Source: Phycisphaerales bacterium (lineage in GTDB: Bacteria; Planctomycetota; Phycisphaerae; Phycisphaerales; UBA1924). Taken from it: DNA of 64,000 nucleotides. Positions 63,492 through 64,000 of this stretch are shown piece by piece. Position 1 is the first letter of the stretch. Each line of letters opens with the position of its first letter. The stretch spans positions 2,784,001 to 2,848,000 of the forward strand of contig OZ245777.1 in the NCBI GenBank assembly GCA_965227775.1, given 5' to 3'. A program made the position numbers and the translations under genes. The notes beneath the pieces are model-generated. The model was not told the DNA's origin. It was given only the letters and a program-made list of their open reading frames with translations, and searched no databases.

Positions 63492-63857
63492 ATGGCCCAG
63501 ATCCCCCGCCGCACCGTGTTGCTCCGCCACGACCTGCCCGATGGCTCCCACCACTTCGACTGGATGCTCGAGGTCAACGAAGTCGGCCCACTGCTCACGT
63601 TCCGGCTCGACCGCGACATCAGCCAGGACCACGCACCGTTCGAGGCCGAGCGGCTGGCCGACCATCGCCGCCGCTATCTGATCTTCGAGGGCCCAATCTC
63701 GGGTGATCGAGGTTCGGTCGCACGCGTCGCCGAGGGCCAATGCGAGGTCGGTCGACACGCCAACGGTGCGTATGTCGTCAGCCTGATCTTGGGTAATCGG
63801 CGCCAAACAGTCCGTGGAATCCCGCAGCAAGATGGCTGGTATGCGTTCGGAATCTGA
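63492..63857 (+). CDS. Small stand-alone protein resembling the LigD phosphoesterase (N-terminal) domain
   Basis: LRHD..HHFDWMLE, L.DHRRRYL.FEGPISGDRGSV. Confidence 0.65.
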   Translation: MAQIPRRTVLLRHDLPDGSHHFDWMLEVNEVGPLLTFRLDRDISQDHAPFEAERLADHRRRYLIFEGPISGDRGSVARVAEGQCEVGRHANGAYVVSLILGNRRQTVRGIPQQDGWYAFGI

Positions 63858-64000
63858 ACAAAATTCTCCTCGTGATTCGCTCGGCTTCGATTAAGATGGA
63901 GGCAAGACCGCTGGCGCGACGCCATGGTGGGCATCGAGCCGCTCGGCCACGTGGGGTAGCCGGGCCATCAGGGGCCACGCCCATGGGCGGAGGGCGGCCC

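Overview
High-GC bacterial DNA, most likely Planctomycetota of the Phycisphaerales type. This is an inference from the GC-type dockerin-anchored proteins, an ECF sigma factor coupled to a Ser/Thr kinase, an H-X9-DG prepilin protein and membrane proteins ending in a Zn ribbon. Positions ~18-64 kb are mostly housekeeping: rdgB, tRNA-Leu(TAA), hutHU, ruvA, ruvX, a partial atp operon, pgk, sthA, holB, fliSD, purF, a lone nuoD, tpiA and sahR-ahcY. The first ~18 kb is accessory. It holds an ECF/kinase pair, three dockerin-bearing secreted proteins (one bracketed by 65-nt structured direct repeats) and a phytase-prepilin-dockerin operon. It also holds an unexplained module at ~11.4-17.9 kb: an 18 x 21-nt quasi-palindromic array with a conserved flank (degenerate second copy at 7.5 kb), long degenerate inverted repeats bracketing a nucleoside-phosphorylase/STAND-NTPase/TPR (NLR-like) gene and a small HTH gene, and a helical plus Fn3-like protein gene. 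Start codons were chosen by eye and are approximate, and all family assignments come from motif recognition rather than database searches.
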